Below are positions 48,447 to 62,906 of a stretch of DNA of 64,000 bases, piece after piece. The notes under the pieces are model-generated. The model was given only the letters and a program-made list of their open reading frames with translations. It did no database searches and was not told the DNA's origin. The stretch lies in contig OZ024742.1 in assembly GCA_964016885.1 (NCBI GenBank), positions 339,636,001-339,700,000 on the forward strand, in the 5' to 3' direction. Positions within the stretch are counted from its first letter, which is position 1; every line of letters begins with the position of its first letter. The stretch is from Eledone cirrhosa (Eukaryota). Both the position numbers and the translations under genes were made by a program.

Positions 48447-51220
48447 AGATAGAGAGACAGACAGGCTATGGGATAGACAGGTAGACAGTTGGATAGAGAG
48501 ACAGACAGTCTATGGGATAGACAGGTAGACAGTTAGATAGAGAGACAGACAAGCTATGGGATAGACAGGTAGACAGTTAGATAGAGAGACAGGCTATCGG
48601 ATAGACAGGTAGACAGTTAGACAGAGAGGCTATGGGAGAGACAGGTAGACAGTTAGATAGAGAGACAGACAAGATATGGGAGACAGGTAGACAGTTAGAT
48701 AGAGAGACAGACAGGCTATGGGATAGACAGGTAGACAGTTAGATAGAGAGACATACAAGCTATGGGATAGACAGGTAGACAGTTAGATAGAGAGACAGAC
48801 AGGCTATGGGATAGACAGGTAGACAGTTAGAGAGAGAGACAGACAAGCTATGGGATAGAGAGGTAGACAGTTAGACAGAGAGACAGACAGGCTATGGGAG
48901 AGACAGGTAGACAGTTAGATAGAGAGACAGACAGGCTATGGGAGAGACAGGTAGACAGTTAGATAGAGAGACAGACAGGCTATGGGATAGACAGGTAGAC
49001 AGTTAGATAGAGAGACAGGCTATGGGATAGACAGGTAGACAGTTAGACAGAGAGACAGACAGGCTATGGGAGAGACAGGTAGACAGTTAGATAGAGAGAC
49101 AGACAGGTTATGGGATAGACAGGTAGACAGTTAGATAGAGAGACAGACAAGCTATGGGAGAGACAGGTAGACAGTTAGACAGAGAGACAGACAGGCTATG
49201 GGAGAGACAGGTAGACAGTTAGATAGAGAGACAGACAGGCTATAGGATAGACAGGTAGACAGTTAGATAGAGAGACAGACAAGCTATGGGATAGGCAGGT
49301 AGACAGTCAGATAGAGAGACAGACATGCTATGGGATAGACAGGTAGACAGTTAGATAGAGAGACAGACAGGCTATGGGATAGACAGGTAGACAGTTAGAT
49401 AGAGAGACAGACATGCTATGGGATAGACAGGTAGAAAGTTAGATAGAGAGACAGTCAAGCTATGGGATAGACAGGTAGACAGTTAGATAGAGAGACAGAC
49501 AGTCTATGGGATAGACAGGTAGACAGTTAGATAGAGAGACAGAAAAGCTATGGGATAGACAGGTAGACAGTTAGATAGAGAGACAGACAGGCTATGGGAT
49601 AGACAGGTAGACAGTTAGATAGAGAGACAGACAAGCTATGGGATAGACAGGTAGACAGTTAGATAGAGAGCCAGACAGGCTATGGGATAGACAGGTAGAC
49701 AGTTAGATAGAGAGACAGGCTATGGGATAGACAGGTAGACAGTTAGACAGAGAGACAGACAGGCTATGGGAGAGAGAGGTAGACAGTTAGATAGAGAGAA
49801 GACAGGTTATGGGATAGACAGGTAGACAGTTAGATAGAGAGACAGACAAGCTATGGGGAGACAGGTAGACAGTTAGATAGAGAGACAGACAGGCTATGGG
49901 ATAGACAGCTAGACAGTTAGATAGAGAGACCGACAGGCTATGGGATAGACAGGTAGACAGTTGGATAGAGAGACAGACAGTCTATGTGATAGACAGGTAG
50001 ACAGTTAGATAGAGAGACAGACAAGCTATGGGATAGACAGGTAGACAGTTAGATAGAGAGACAGGCTATCGGATAGACAGGTAGACAGTTAGACAGAGAG
50101 ACAGACAGGCTATGGGTGAGACAGGTAGACAGTTAGATAGAGAGACAGACAAGATATGGGAGACAGGTAGACAGTTAGATAGAGAGACAGACAGGCTATG
50201 GGATAGACAGATAGACAGTTAGATAGAGAGACAGACAAGCTATGGGATAGACAGCTAGACAGTTAGATAGAGAGACAGACAGGCTATGGGATAGACAGGT
50301 AGACAGTTAGATAGAGACACAGACAAGCTATAGGATAGACAGGTAGACAGTTAGACAGAGAGACAGACAGGCTATGGGAGAGACAGGTAGACAGTTAGAT
50401 AAAGAGACAGACAGGCTATGGGAGAGACAGGTAGACAGTTAGATAGAGAGACAGACAGGCTATGGGAGGGACAGGTAGACAGTTAGACAGAGAGACAGAC
50501 AGGCTATGGGAGAGACAGGTAGACAGTTAGATAGAGAGACAGACAGGCTATAGGATAGACAGGTAGACAGTTAGATAGAGAGACAGACAAGCTATGGGAT
50601 AGACAGGTAGACAGTCAGATAGAGAGACAGACATGCTATGGGATAGACAGGTAGACAGTTAGATAGAGAGACAGACAGGCTATGGGATAGACAGGTAGAC
50701 AGTTAGATAGAGAGACAGACAAGCTATGGGATAGACAGGTAGACAGTCAGATAGAGAGACAGACATGCTATGGGATAGACAGGTAGACAGTTAGATAGAG
50801 AGACAGACAGGCTATGGGATAGACAGGTAGAAAGTTAGATAGAGAGACAGACATGCTATGGGAGAGACAGTTAGAAGTTAGATAGACAGACAGACAGGCT
50901 ATGGAGAGACAGGTAGACAGTTAGATAGAGAGACAGACAGGCTATGGGAGAGAGGTAGACAGTTAGATAGAGAGACAGACAGGCTATGGGATAGACAGGT
51001 AGAAAGTTAGATAGAGAGACAGACAGGCTATGGGAGAGACAGGTAGACATTTAGATAGAGAGACAGACACGATATGGGATACACAGGTAGACAGTTAGAT
51101 AGAGTGACAGACAAGCTATAGGAGAGACAGGTAGACAGTTAGATAGAGAGACAGGCTATGGGAGAGACAGGTAGACAGTTAGATAGAGAGACAGACAGGC
51201 TATGGGATAGACAGGTAGAC
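48441..51220. repeat. 44-bp satellite, block 3 (about 2.8 kb), decaying into GACA repeats to about 51345
   Basis: Directly visible tandem units. Confidence 0.95.
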
Positions 51221-51445
51221 AGAGTCAGACAGACAGACTGACAGGGGGACAGACAGACGTGCAAACCGACAGGTAGATAGTCAAAATAGTCAGACAGTTA
51301 GTCAGAGAGGTAGAAAGACAGTCATACATACATACAAGCAGACAGAAATGTATGTATGTATGTTGTATGTATGTTGTATGTATGTTGTATGTATATATGT
51401 ATGTATGTATTTATGTATGTATGTATATATGTATATGTATGTCAT

Positions 51446-51923
51446 GTCGGGTCACTCTTGAGTGCTATTGGTAACATGTAACCCAGTTCAACCTGGTCGG
51501 GTCGTCGGTGACTAATCCGGCAACCCCACCAAGTTTACTTGGTGAGGAGGGTGATTTTGGACAGCCTGCAGGACAAAAAACAAAACCTGACAAAGTGCGA
51601 AACATCTCATAAGACTCAACGGTCATCCGAAAGTGTGTAAATATGTATATACAGATGTACCGCAGCGGTTAAACTACTGGGAGTGAAGGACCCCTAGCCT
51701 TTGTCAGAGCATTCTTCCAGGAGAAGACAACTCAGGAAACTGGGATAACTCCGACATAAAACCTGCGGCTCAGTAGTTACCGATGATTGGGATTGGCTCA
51801 GTGCACAGTCATCACTTTAAAAAATATCTTCATGCACAGGTATTGCACGATAGAATTAATTAATAATTATTAATAATGGTATATCGTGCAATGGCCATAC
51901 ACGATAACGAGGGGTCAACCATC

Positions 51924-51924
<1 letters not shown>
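51446..51924 (+). mobile_element. Non-autonomous RTE-derived element, family 2
   Basis: 5' end homologous to family 1; 3' end GGCCATACACGATAACGAGGGG..ACCATCAT then (ATGT)n. Confidence 0.75.
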
Positions 51925-51954
<30 letters not shown>

Positions 51955-52008
51955 TGTATGTATGTATGTATGTATGTATGTATGTATGTATGTATGTATG
52001 TTTGTATG

Positions 52009-53356
52009 TTTTCTCTTTCTCTTAATTTCGAGTATATTTTTTTGACCGGCCACCTTCCTGGTGGCAAGGTTGTAAAAGAAAAGAAATTGTCATCCCTTGA
52101 ATCGCAAGAATGTTTTGCAAATTTTGAAGGTGCCAGCTATCGCAGCCATTTGTAGACTATGAATTAGGGAGCTGCGCTTTTTGTCCGCAAATCCAAGTAC
52201 AGTCATACTTTGGTCCAAGCGGGTTGGTATATAACCCGTAGCACCAATAATGATGGGTATGAAGCTAAAGGTGTATCTTGGATACTGGATTTGTAAACTC
52301 CTCATCAATGGTCCATAGATGTCCTCCTTCTCCTGTATTTTTCTGACAACGTTTACATCAAGTGGGCAGCTGATCTCCACAACAGAACACGTTTTCAATG
52401 TGTGGTCCCAAACTACAATATCAGGCCGGTTGTGCTTTAATTTGGTGGCAGTTTTTATTTACAGGTTCCACCAGTATTCCTTAGTGCCATCTCAATATAT
52501 TCTTCCTCGTTTGTTGTTAATTTTGTTTTCCGAAGTGCGTTCCAGATGGTTCTAGCTATCCCATCGTGTCTCATGGGGAGGTAGTAGCGAGATGACATTC
52601 TTTCGCAGCTGGCAACAATGTGGCTTACATCCTCGATCTTTGTTTTACATAGCCTACATTTATTGTCAGCTGCTGGCCCTCCTCTTTTGTGCAGCAGATA
52701 TTTGGTAGGGAGTTCTTGTCCTGTATTGCATAGAGATATCCCTCAAGGTGTGATGTCATAAACTTGTCGGAACTCCATGCCAGGTTTTTTGAGTGGTTTA
52801 TCCCCTCTATGGTCTGTGTTTTACGCCTCAAGTATCCATGCACAACTTTTTCTGTAAATTCGTCAATTTTTTTATCTTGTTTGAACATTGAATAGGATCT
52901 TCCGATTTCTCTGGGTGAGAGATTTATATCAGGCTTTATTCCATATCTCTCCTCCAGATCAGTCGCTATTCTAATGATATTTCTTTTTTCATGGTCATAA
53001 ACCTGGGCAAGATGGTTGCCAACCTTTTTCCTCTGTTGAAGGTGTTGCTTCAGTGTTACTATCCGGGTCTCATATGTTGTTAATATTGATTTTAGACCCC
53101 GGCCACCTTCCTTGCGTGAGAAGTATAGCCTATCCACATCACCATTGATGTTAAAGTTCCCAGTAACACTGAGAAGTTTTCGAGTTCTAACATCCATCTC
53201 ACTTAGTTCTTGCAATGACCAGTTCAGTAGGCCAAATGTTGGCGTTAGAATTGGCACAGCATAAGTATTGTGGGCAATGTATTTGTTGTATGCTGACAGT
53301 TCTGATGACCATATTTTCTTTACTCTTCTGAGGTATTCAGTTCTGGTTCTCTCCTT
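52009..53356 (-). pseudogene. 5'-truncated R4/Dong-clade non-LTR element (restriction-like endonuclease)
   Basis: EYLRRVKKIWSSELSAYNK, RLYFSRKEGGRGL, CRLCK..SHIVASC, HNRPDIVVWD..VVEISCP; (TATG)n on both sides. Confidence 0.88.
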
Positions 53357-53509
53357 ATGTATGTATATGTATGTATATGTATGTATATATGTATGTATGT
53401 ATGTTTGTATGCATGCATGTATGTATGCATGTATGTATGTATGTATGTATGTATGTATGTATGTATGTATGTATGTATGTATGTATGTATGTGTGTATGT
53501 ATGTATGTA

Positions 53510-53712
53510 AAGAGCCACATTCGATCGCAGCACTGTTAATTGTTACTATTTTACCTGTTCCAGCCATCTGGCTGAGGCCATGCTGGGGCACCACCCTTGA
53601 TATATTTATTTTATTATTATCATCATTATTATTGTTATTATTATTGTCGTTATTATGTTTTTTTGTGTGCAATGGCCATACTCGATAACGAGGGGGCAAC
53701 CATCATCATCAT
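53510..53712 (+). mobile_element. Short element with RTE family-2 3' end
   Basis: GTGCAATGGCCATACTCGATAACGAGGGGGCAACCATCAT then ATGT repeats. Confidence 0.55.
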
Positions 53713-53763
53713 GTATGTATATATGTAGGTATGTATGCATGCATGCATGCATGTAAGTATGTA

Positions 53764-53858
<95 letters not shown>

Positions 53859-54288
53859 TTATGTATGCATGTATGAATGTATGTATATATGTATATATGT
53901 ATGGATATATACATATATGTATGTATGCATGTATATATATATATATGTATGTATATATATATGTATATATGTATGTACCTGTCTGTGTCATGTATTCCAT
54001 CCTGATGCTTGTCTAGTGATCAATTGACTTGGTTCGATGGTTATAGATATTTCGTTTCGTGTGAGTGCCTAGAAAATGTTAACTACATATGTATGTATTT
54101 GTATGTTTATGTCTACCTACTGTGAAGTAGCCTATATGCATGTATGTATGTATGTATGTATGTATGTATGTATGTATGTATGTATGTATGTATGTATGTA
54201 TGTATGTATGTATGTATGCATGTATGTATGTATGTATGTATGTATGTATGTATGTATGCATGTATGTATGTATGTATGTATATATTAT

Positions 54289-54897
54289 GTCAGGTCACCA
54301 CTTGGTGCTACTGGTAACATGTATCCCAGTACAACCTGTCTCATGGTCGGGTCGTTGGCGACTAAACTGGCAACCCCACCAAGGTTTCTTGGTGAGGAGG
54401 GTGACTTTGGACATCCTGCAGGACTAAAAACAAAACCTGTCAAAGGGCAAAGGAGCTCTTAAGAGTCAATGGCCATCCAAAATCACCGGGAGAGATGACC
54501 CCTTAGCCTTTCTCAAGAAAGAATTCTAGGAGAAGGAAAACTCTGATATAACACCTGCAACCCTGATGGTATCCAATGATGTTGACTTGTTCTTCTTTTT
54601 GGTAAATATCATCTTGGTTAAGAGAGTGCGACTGGCTTTGTGCAGTGCCTTTGCTCACTATAAAAGCTTCACGGCACAGGCATTTTTTATATCTGGAGAT
54701 CTCTCTGCACTTGTCATCACATGGTACCATGGGCCCGGCACTATGTGTCAATATTTGTCACAAGTGTAGTGTTTGTACCAGAGTTTTCAAGTCGCTGGCT
54801 GGACTAAAAAGTCACACTCGTTCAGCGCATCGGTAGGAGTTCTCCTACATGGATATAAAGTAGTGGCCGTACTCTAAAACGAGTTGGCAGCCACCAT
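54289..54897 (+). mobile_element. Non-autonomous RTE-derived element, family 1
   Basis: Copy of 4933-5543. Confidence 0.8.
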
Positions 54898-55032
54898 GTA
54901 TGTATGTATGCATGTATGTATGTATGCATGTATGTATGTATGTACGTATGTATGTATGTATGTATGTATGTATGTATGCATGTATGTATGCATGTATGTA
55001 TCTATGTATGTATGTATGTATGTATGTATGTA

Positions 55033-55604
55033 TGTATCCCAGTACAACCTGTTTCATGGTCGGGTCGTTGGCGACTAAACTGGCAACCCCACCAAGGTTT
55101 CTTGGTGAGGAGGGTGACTTTGGACATCCTGCAGGACTAAAAACAAAACCTGTCAAAGGGCAAAGGAGCTCTTAAGAGTCAATGGCCATCCAAAATCACC
55201 GGGAGAGATGACCCCTTAGCCTTTGTCAAGGCAGAATTCTAGGAGAAGGAAAACTCTGATATAACACCTGCAACCCTGATGGTATCCAATGATGTTGACT
55301 TGTTCTACTTTTTGGTAAATATCATCTTGGTTAAGAGAGTGGGACTGGCTCTGTGCAATGCCTTTGCTCACTATAAAAGCTTCATGGCACAGGCATTGCT
55401 TTATATCTGGAGATCTCTCTGCACTTGTCACATGGTACCATGGGCCCAGCACTATGTGTCAATAATTGTCACAAGTGTAGTGTTTGTACCAGAGTTTTCA
55501 AGTCGCTGGACTAAAAAGTCACACTCGTTCAGCGCATCGGTAGGGGTTCTCCTACATGGATATAAAGTAGTGGCCGTACTCGAAAACGAGTTGGCAGCCA
55601 CCAT
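55033..55604 (+). mobile_element. Non-autonomous RTE-derived element, family 1, slightly 5'-truncated, in the tail of the previous copy
   Basis: Begins at TGTATCCCAG, where the element ATGTAT matches the (TATG)n flank. Confidence 0.8.
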
Positions 55605-55750
55605 GTATGTATGTATGTATTTATGTATGTATGTATTTATGTATGTATGTATGTATGTATGTATGTATTTATGTATGTATGTATGTATGTATGCATGTAT
55701 GTATGTATATATACAATATACATACAGTATACACACATATATATATATAT

Positions 55751-55796
<46 letters not shown>

Positions 55797-55831
55797 CATA
55801 TATATATATATGTATATATACCTACATACAT

Positions 55832-55878
<47 letters not shown>

Positions 55879-56064
55879 AATGCATATATATATGTATATA
55901 TGAAAGCTTATCGTTGCGTTGATTAATTTAAAATTGAAAGATTGAAAATTCAATTGAAAATTCAACATCAAAGCCTCTTCGTTGGACCAGAACACATACA
56001 TGGCGGTAAACAACTGCGATTGTTGGGTCACAGGTACGATCTTAGTGTGTCACATACCTCATGA

Positions 56065-57095
56065 TGAAACATTGTGTCTGATGTCACGTGTATTGTGTTT
56101 GTTGTGACATACACACTGTCTAATGTCACATCTATCGTGTCTGATGTGACATATTGTGGCTGACGTGACATATATTGTATCTGATGTGACATATATTGTG
56201 TCTGATGTGACATATATTGTGTCTGATGTAGCATACATTGTGTTTGATGTGATATACATTGTGTCTGATGCGCAATTGTGTCTGATGTGACATGTATTGT
56301 GTCTGATTTGGCATGTATTGTGTCTGATATAACATAGACTGTGTCTGATATAACATACACTGTGTCTGATGTGACATGTATTGTGTCTGATGTGACATAC
56401 AATGTGTCTGATGTGACATGTATTGTGTCTGATGTGGCATATATTGTGTCTGATGTGGTATGTATTGTGTCTGATGTGACATAATGTGACTTATGTGACA
56501 TACAATGTGTCTGATGTGACATACACTGTGTCTGATGTGACATATTGTATTTGATGTGACATGTATTGTGTCTGATGTGACATACAATGTGTCTGATGTG
56601 ACATGTATTGTGTCTGGTGTGATTAACACTGTGTCTGATGTGACATATATTGTGTCTGATGTGACATACACAGTATCTGATGTGACATATATTGTGTCTG
56701 ATGTGACATATATTGTGTCTGATGTGACATATATTGTGCCTGATGTGAAATACACAGTGTCTGATGTGACGTGCATCGTGTCTGATGTGAAATACAATGT
56801 GTCTGGTGTGATATGTATTGTGTCTAATGTGACATATACTGTGTCTGATGTGACATGTATTATGTCTGATGTGACATATATTGTTTCTGATGTGACATTG
56901 TGTCTGGTGTGACATGTATTGTGCCTGATGTGACTAACATTGTGTCTGATGCAACATGTACTTTGTGATGTGACATACATTGTGTCTGATGTGACATACA
57001 TTGTGTCTGATGTGACATACATTGTGTCTGATCTGACATACATTGTGATGTGTGATGTGAGATGCATTATGTCTGATGTGACATGTATTGTGTGT
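56065..57095. repeat. 21-bp minisatellite TGTGTCTGATGTGACATATAT
   Basis: Directly visible; gives a 7-aa periodicity in the ORF track. Confidence 0.95.
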
Positions 57096-57369
57096 GAAAT
57101 TGACTTGCCAGAAACTGTGATGGTGCTCTTCCATTAATTGGTTTGTACTTGTACTTCAAACATCTCAATGTGGCACAACCTGTGACATAATAGTTCACAT
57201 GTCTGAGGAAAATCTCAGCTCCTTATCCTATCATACAATATGGATTGTACTTAACCATGTCGCATCCTGTCAGGCTGATTTAACTGAGGGTTAAGTTAAA
57301 GGCTTATATAGCCGTGGAATGCTTAGTCACTTAGACTATAATACAATATTCTTGTAATTCAAAGCTTTG

Positions 57370-58400
57370 AATTATCACATACTATGTCACATTGATCCTC
57401 TCCCTAGAAATATCACATACTATGTCTCATTGACCCTCTCCCGAGAATTATCATACACAATGTCTCGTTGATCCTCTCCCGAGAATTATCACATACTATG
57501 TCATGCTGATCCTCTCCCTAGAATTATCACACACAATGTCTCATTGATCCTCTCCCTAGAATTATCACATACTATGTCTCGTTGATCCTCTGCCAAGAAT
57601 TATCACATACTATGTCACATTAACCCTCTCCCGAGAATTATCACACACAATGTCTCATTGATTCTCTTCCTAGAATTATCATACACAATGTGTCGTTGAT
57701 CCTCTCCCGAGAATTATCACACACAATGTCTCGTTGATCCTCTCCCTAGAATTATCACATACTATGTCACATTGACCCTCTCCCGAGAATTGTCACATAC
57801 TATGTCTCGTTGATCCTCTCCCGAGAATTATCATATACTATGTCTCGTTGATCCTCTCCCGTGAATTAATCACACACAATGTCTCGTTGATCCTCTCCCT
57901 AGAATTATCACACACTATGTCTCGTTGATCCTCTCCCTAGAATTATCACACACAATGTCTCGTTGATCCTCTCCCTAGAATTATCACACACTATGTCTCG
58001 TTGATCCTCTCCCTAGAATTATCACACACTATGTCATGTTGATCCTCTTCCTAGAATTATCATATACTATGTAATGTTGATCCTCTCCCTAGAATTATCA
58101 CACACTATGTCATGTAGATCCTCTCCCTAGAATTATCACATACTATGTCATGTTGATCTTCTCCCTAGAATTATCATATACTATGTAATGTTTATCCTCT
58201 CCCTAGAATTATCACATAGTATGTCATGTTGATCCTCTCCGTAGAATTATCATATACTATGTAATGTTGATCCTCTCCCTAGAATTATCACACACAATGT
58301 CTCGTTGATCCTCTCCCTAGAATTATCACACACTATGTCATGTTGATCCTCTCCCTAGAATTATCACATACTATGTCACATTGATCCTCTCCCGAGAATT
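57370..58400. repeat. 38-bp minisatellite GAATTATCACAYACTATGTCTCGTTGATCCTCTCCCTA
   Basis: Period 38 (for example 57901 to 57939); isolated relic unit at about 59230-59265. Confidence 0.95.
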
Positions 58401-58469
58401 ACGTTAAAGATTCAGATGTTTATATAACGTGCAGCTATTTACACTGTAATATAAAATGAATTTTATATT

Positions 58470-59150
58470 AATAAGTAAATAAGTAAATTAAAGATCCAGC
58501 CTTATGGCACGCGGTGACTTGTTAATTCTGCTTCTCTCCAATCAAATTCAATCCAGGTCTTTCTCCCTCCTGTTAGAGGAACTCCTCCCTGGTTGTCCTC
58601 CACCACTTTCTGTTTGGTTTTGTTCATGTCAAGGGTGTAGCCGTACTAACCACGCTTGGCCAATTGCGGGTTGGTGAGGTTACTTAATCCATAGTTGGCG
58701 AGGATGGCTGTTGATTCTGAGGAGTTCATTCGCCCCTTTAACAGGTATTGTTGTTTGTGCTGCTGAGGTTTCACTTACCCTCTTCTTGTACTTGTATTTG
58801 TGGCGGCGTTCACTGGAGGTGGGTTGAACCGGCTCCACCAAAAGAATTCATGATGTAAGTTCATTTCAATGGAGTTTCTTCAGCCGATTGGTTTTACAAG
58901 CGGCAGTGCCCTGCCGCAAGTATATGCACTTTAGGATAGTGTATTCCAAGCGTTGCATCGGTTATAGCGCCGAGCCTTCGCTTTCACACCCAACCAAATT
59001 TCGTGAAGCCAGTGCCGCGATGGGGACGCATGGGAGGGAGTTTGGCTGGAAGAGGTGATAAACAGAACCGATTTGAGTCATTTTGTAGACCAGCTGGAGC
59101 TCACCCCACTGCCCAGCCGAAGCATACCGACCCTCGGCACCTATCCTCTT
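58470..59150 (-). mobile_element. Probable non-autonomous LINE-derived (RTE-like) insertion
   Basis: GC-richer block ending on the minus strand in GTGCCATAAGGCTGGATC with a TACTTATT-type tail; family not identified. Confidence 0.4.
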
Positions 59151-59700
59151 CACTACTTGATTATTAATTTAAAATTCAGCCATTTTCACTATACAAGACA
59201 AAATGTATCAGTAATTCCAATTATCATCCGTGTCACACAGTGTCATGTTGATCCTCTCCCGTGAAGTACTCAACAACCTATACTGTACTACAAGACAGAT
59301 TATACACGTAATTCACAATATCAGCCATCCATGCCACACAATGCTCCATTAACCCTAACAATTTCACTATATTCAATGAGAATCTATTATAGCTCAGTTG
59401 ATCTAACTCGTAGATCTGTCATCGTTGAAACATATGGAGGATCTATTTAAATTTAAATTCAGCTGATGTGTGAAGATTTATTTGATTCGTGAGAAATATT
59501 TTATAGATTATAGATTAGTTTTCTTTGTTTAAAATATTGTTGTTGTTTCTAGTTTCATGTTGTTTGTTCTTCGCCATATTGATTTGATCAATTTTGAATT
59601 TGCTGAATGTTAATAAATTATTTATTCCACTTCAATGAATACTTACATTTGCTATTTGACTTTATAGATTTGTCTTCACAGAATAAGTGTGTAAGTATTA

Positions 59701-59843
<143 letters not shown>

Positions 59844-59873
59844 CATATATATATATACACACACACATACACG

Positions 59874-59923
<50 letters not shown>

Positions 59924-60038
59924 TATGTATATATATATATAATATATATATATATATACATATACACACTCTCTTTCTCACATATATATATATATACATA
60001 CAAACATATATATATATATATATATATATATTAATATA

Positions 60039-60325
60039 GAAGAGCTTCTACAGGACTAGAACTGTTTCATTCGTTAGAAATCAGCAGCTGCTATGTATTG
60101 AGTACCTTACTTACTGTGGTTACCTCCGATTCAACACGGAATAACATATATATATATATATATATATAAGTTTATATAGAAAAGAACTAGAATTGTTTCA
60201 TTCGTATGAAATCGAAACAGTTCTCGTTCTGTAGAAGCCTTTTCTATATAAACTTCTGTCTTCCCTCTACACATGTATTGAGTACCTTATTTACTGTGGT
60301 TATCCCCAACTCAACTCGGGATTTA
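60039..60325. mobile_element. Two related Penelope-like remnants with degenerate hammerhead and small fold-back
   Basis: Minus strand CTGCTGA-TTTC-TAAC-GAAT-GAAA-CAGTT; duplicated ATGTATTGAGTACCTTA..TACTGTGGTTA; in (TA)n. Confidence 0.45.
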
Positions 60326-60358
60326 CTTATACATACATACATATATACATACATACAT

Positions 60359-60431
<73 letters not shown>

Positions 60432-61948
60432 GTATCTATGTATGTATGTATGTATGTGTGTGTGTATGTATATGTATCTGTGTCTGTGCATAACCATGCG
60501 TTGCCAAGTAAATACTTTGAAGACACTACATATTAAAGTATTGCAGGTAGTTGATTTGACCCCAGCACGTGGTCCATGTTTTGCACCCATACATAAGAAA
60601 GTTGAAATAGATGACCCATCTATACATGAACTTGGTAATGACATGAAGCCTCTCGATGTGGAAAGGTTTGCTGTGGAAACGGACAATAACAGTAAATTCT
60701 ACCCACATCTCTTTTCTCCTGTGTAAAGAATGGTAACAAAAACCAGGAAAAAAAATTAAAAAGTATAGGATCCAGTACCGGGCCTTGACTGACACCCACA
60801 TCTACATTAAAACGCGTAGATTATCGTCCCACAAACAACAACTCGGGTCTTAATCCTTTATTGGAATCGCCGGAAGAAATTTACGAATTAGGGAGAGCAG
60901 ACAAAATGTCGCACATCATTCTAGAGACGTTCCTGTTTACAGAGACGAAAATATTTGACAGATCCACAAATGTAATGAACAGGTCATAATGATGCTCTCA
61001 TCATTTGTAATGAAGCTGCCTTTGACGAAGATTCTTTCAACTTCGCCGAAATCCTCACAGGAGCCACATTGTTATTTTAGAGTGATATTTTCTGATACCA
61101 ATCAAAGCGTTCTAGTTATTAGTTCATTGGTCAATACCTCCCTAGCAACAGACAACTGTTAGTAACAACTATTATTGGGACTAGCAGATAATTGTAATCT
61201 TGTTTTTGTAGATTCTAACGATGTTAACATCTTTATATTGTTGCTGTATATACGCATATTTCCACGTTTTCGTTATGTAGAAATAAAACCCATTTGTGTA
61301 GAGGTTAGCAGCCATCTTTACGATGTTTGTAAGAATGTATTTTGGTCTAGGTTTTCAACGTTATGATGGTAGCAATAATTTCAACTAAGATGTGAGATTG
61401 CTTAAGGGGAATTATATATGGGAATATCAGAAAATTCCTCCATGATTGCTAGAGCCACTAGCTAAAGATGGATTAGGGGCTATTTGAAGCGTCACACTTT
61501 TTCTCCACCATTACCGACAAGTTTTTCAGTGGGGAAGGGACATCTACTAACTTGACTAGCGCTATCGAACACTATCTATTGACAGCCTAAAAATCATGTA
61601 CTGCAACCTAGAAATCATGTATATCAGGATTATCGATCTGCAACTGAATTTCTTGAGGATTGGCTAGTACCATACACTTTTCTATCATACATTATTATAG
61701 GATTAATAAAAACATGTTTGTGATCTACTAGGTTCACCATGTTGAAATTAATGAGATGTACTCTTGCTCCACATACACAGAGAAGAATCTGCTTTATCGC
61801 TGTTAGGTTTCTTTACACCGTGGTCCTCAATATATTCCACTTGAAGAAACTTAGTGCAATTTTATGTTTCCTAATCTTCGACCATTACGTTGAATGCCAC
61901 GTCATTCTACACACGCACACGTATATACATGTACGTATATATATGTAC

Positions 61949-62037
<89 letters not shown>

Positions 62038-62231
62038 CACTCACACGCACACATAAGAGCAAGAATGAAGGACTCATTCTACTGACATGGCTTAAAAGAG
62101 GGTGTTTGCATAATTGTAAACGAATCGAATATTATTATTAATATCGAAAAACTCAGATTACGTTTATTGCATTCAGCCATTTAGAGTAATAATTAGTTGT
62201 TACTTATTATATATATATATATATATATATA

Positions 62232-62377
62232 CTAGCAGAATGGCTCGGCGTTGCTCGGGGTTTGCTCTAGGGTTCTTATATATTTGATATATATTTATCC
62301 TTATTGAGCCTCGTGAAATAAATACTTTTGTTTATATTTTGTTATTGCGTATGCAAAATTATCTGTACACGAATATA

Positions 62378-62413
<36 letters not shown>

Positions 62414-62829
62414 TAACAATTTAAAGTTTAAGCAAAGAATCGCTGCTTTCACCCTTAACGGGATCTTCTGAAATAAAAAAAATCAATCTGTGAACGCAGA
62501 AGTAAATATTTCGAAAAACGTTACACACTATATATATATATACACACACACACCGCGTCATAATATCGTAATGCAGACAGCCAGACATACAGACAGATAT
62601 TATAAGAGTTCAACGTTATATCTATGTATCTATCTAGAAAGAGAAAGACTAAGAATTATAGAGAGAGATCGCTAAATCGCCTAATGCGGTCTCTAGGTCA
62701 TTGAAAATTTGAAAAAAGGATTTTCTCAAAACACTCACAGAACCATAAGTATTACATTTGTAAAGTTTGAAAACAATCGGTTGGGTGGTTCTCGAGTTTT
62801 AGTGAGCTAACAGACAGACAGACATTCTC

Positions 62830-62840
<11 letters not shown>
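62232..62840 (-). mobile_element. Non-autonomous Helitron-like element
   Basis: Minus-strand 3' end CCGAGC-AACG-CCGAGC..CTGCTAG|T (degenerate hairpin then CTAG); GACA microsatellite near the 5' end; TA-rich flanks. Confidence 0.65.

Positions 62841-62903
<63 letters not shown>

Positions 62904-62906
<3 letters not shown>

Noticed and set aside
27571-58400. 44-, 21- and 38-bp repeats as CRISPR arrays
   Set aside because: Units are contiguous with no unique spacers, there are no cas genes, and the context is eukaryotic.
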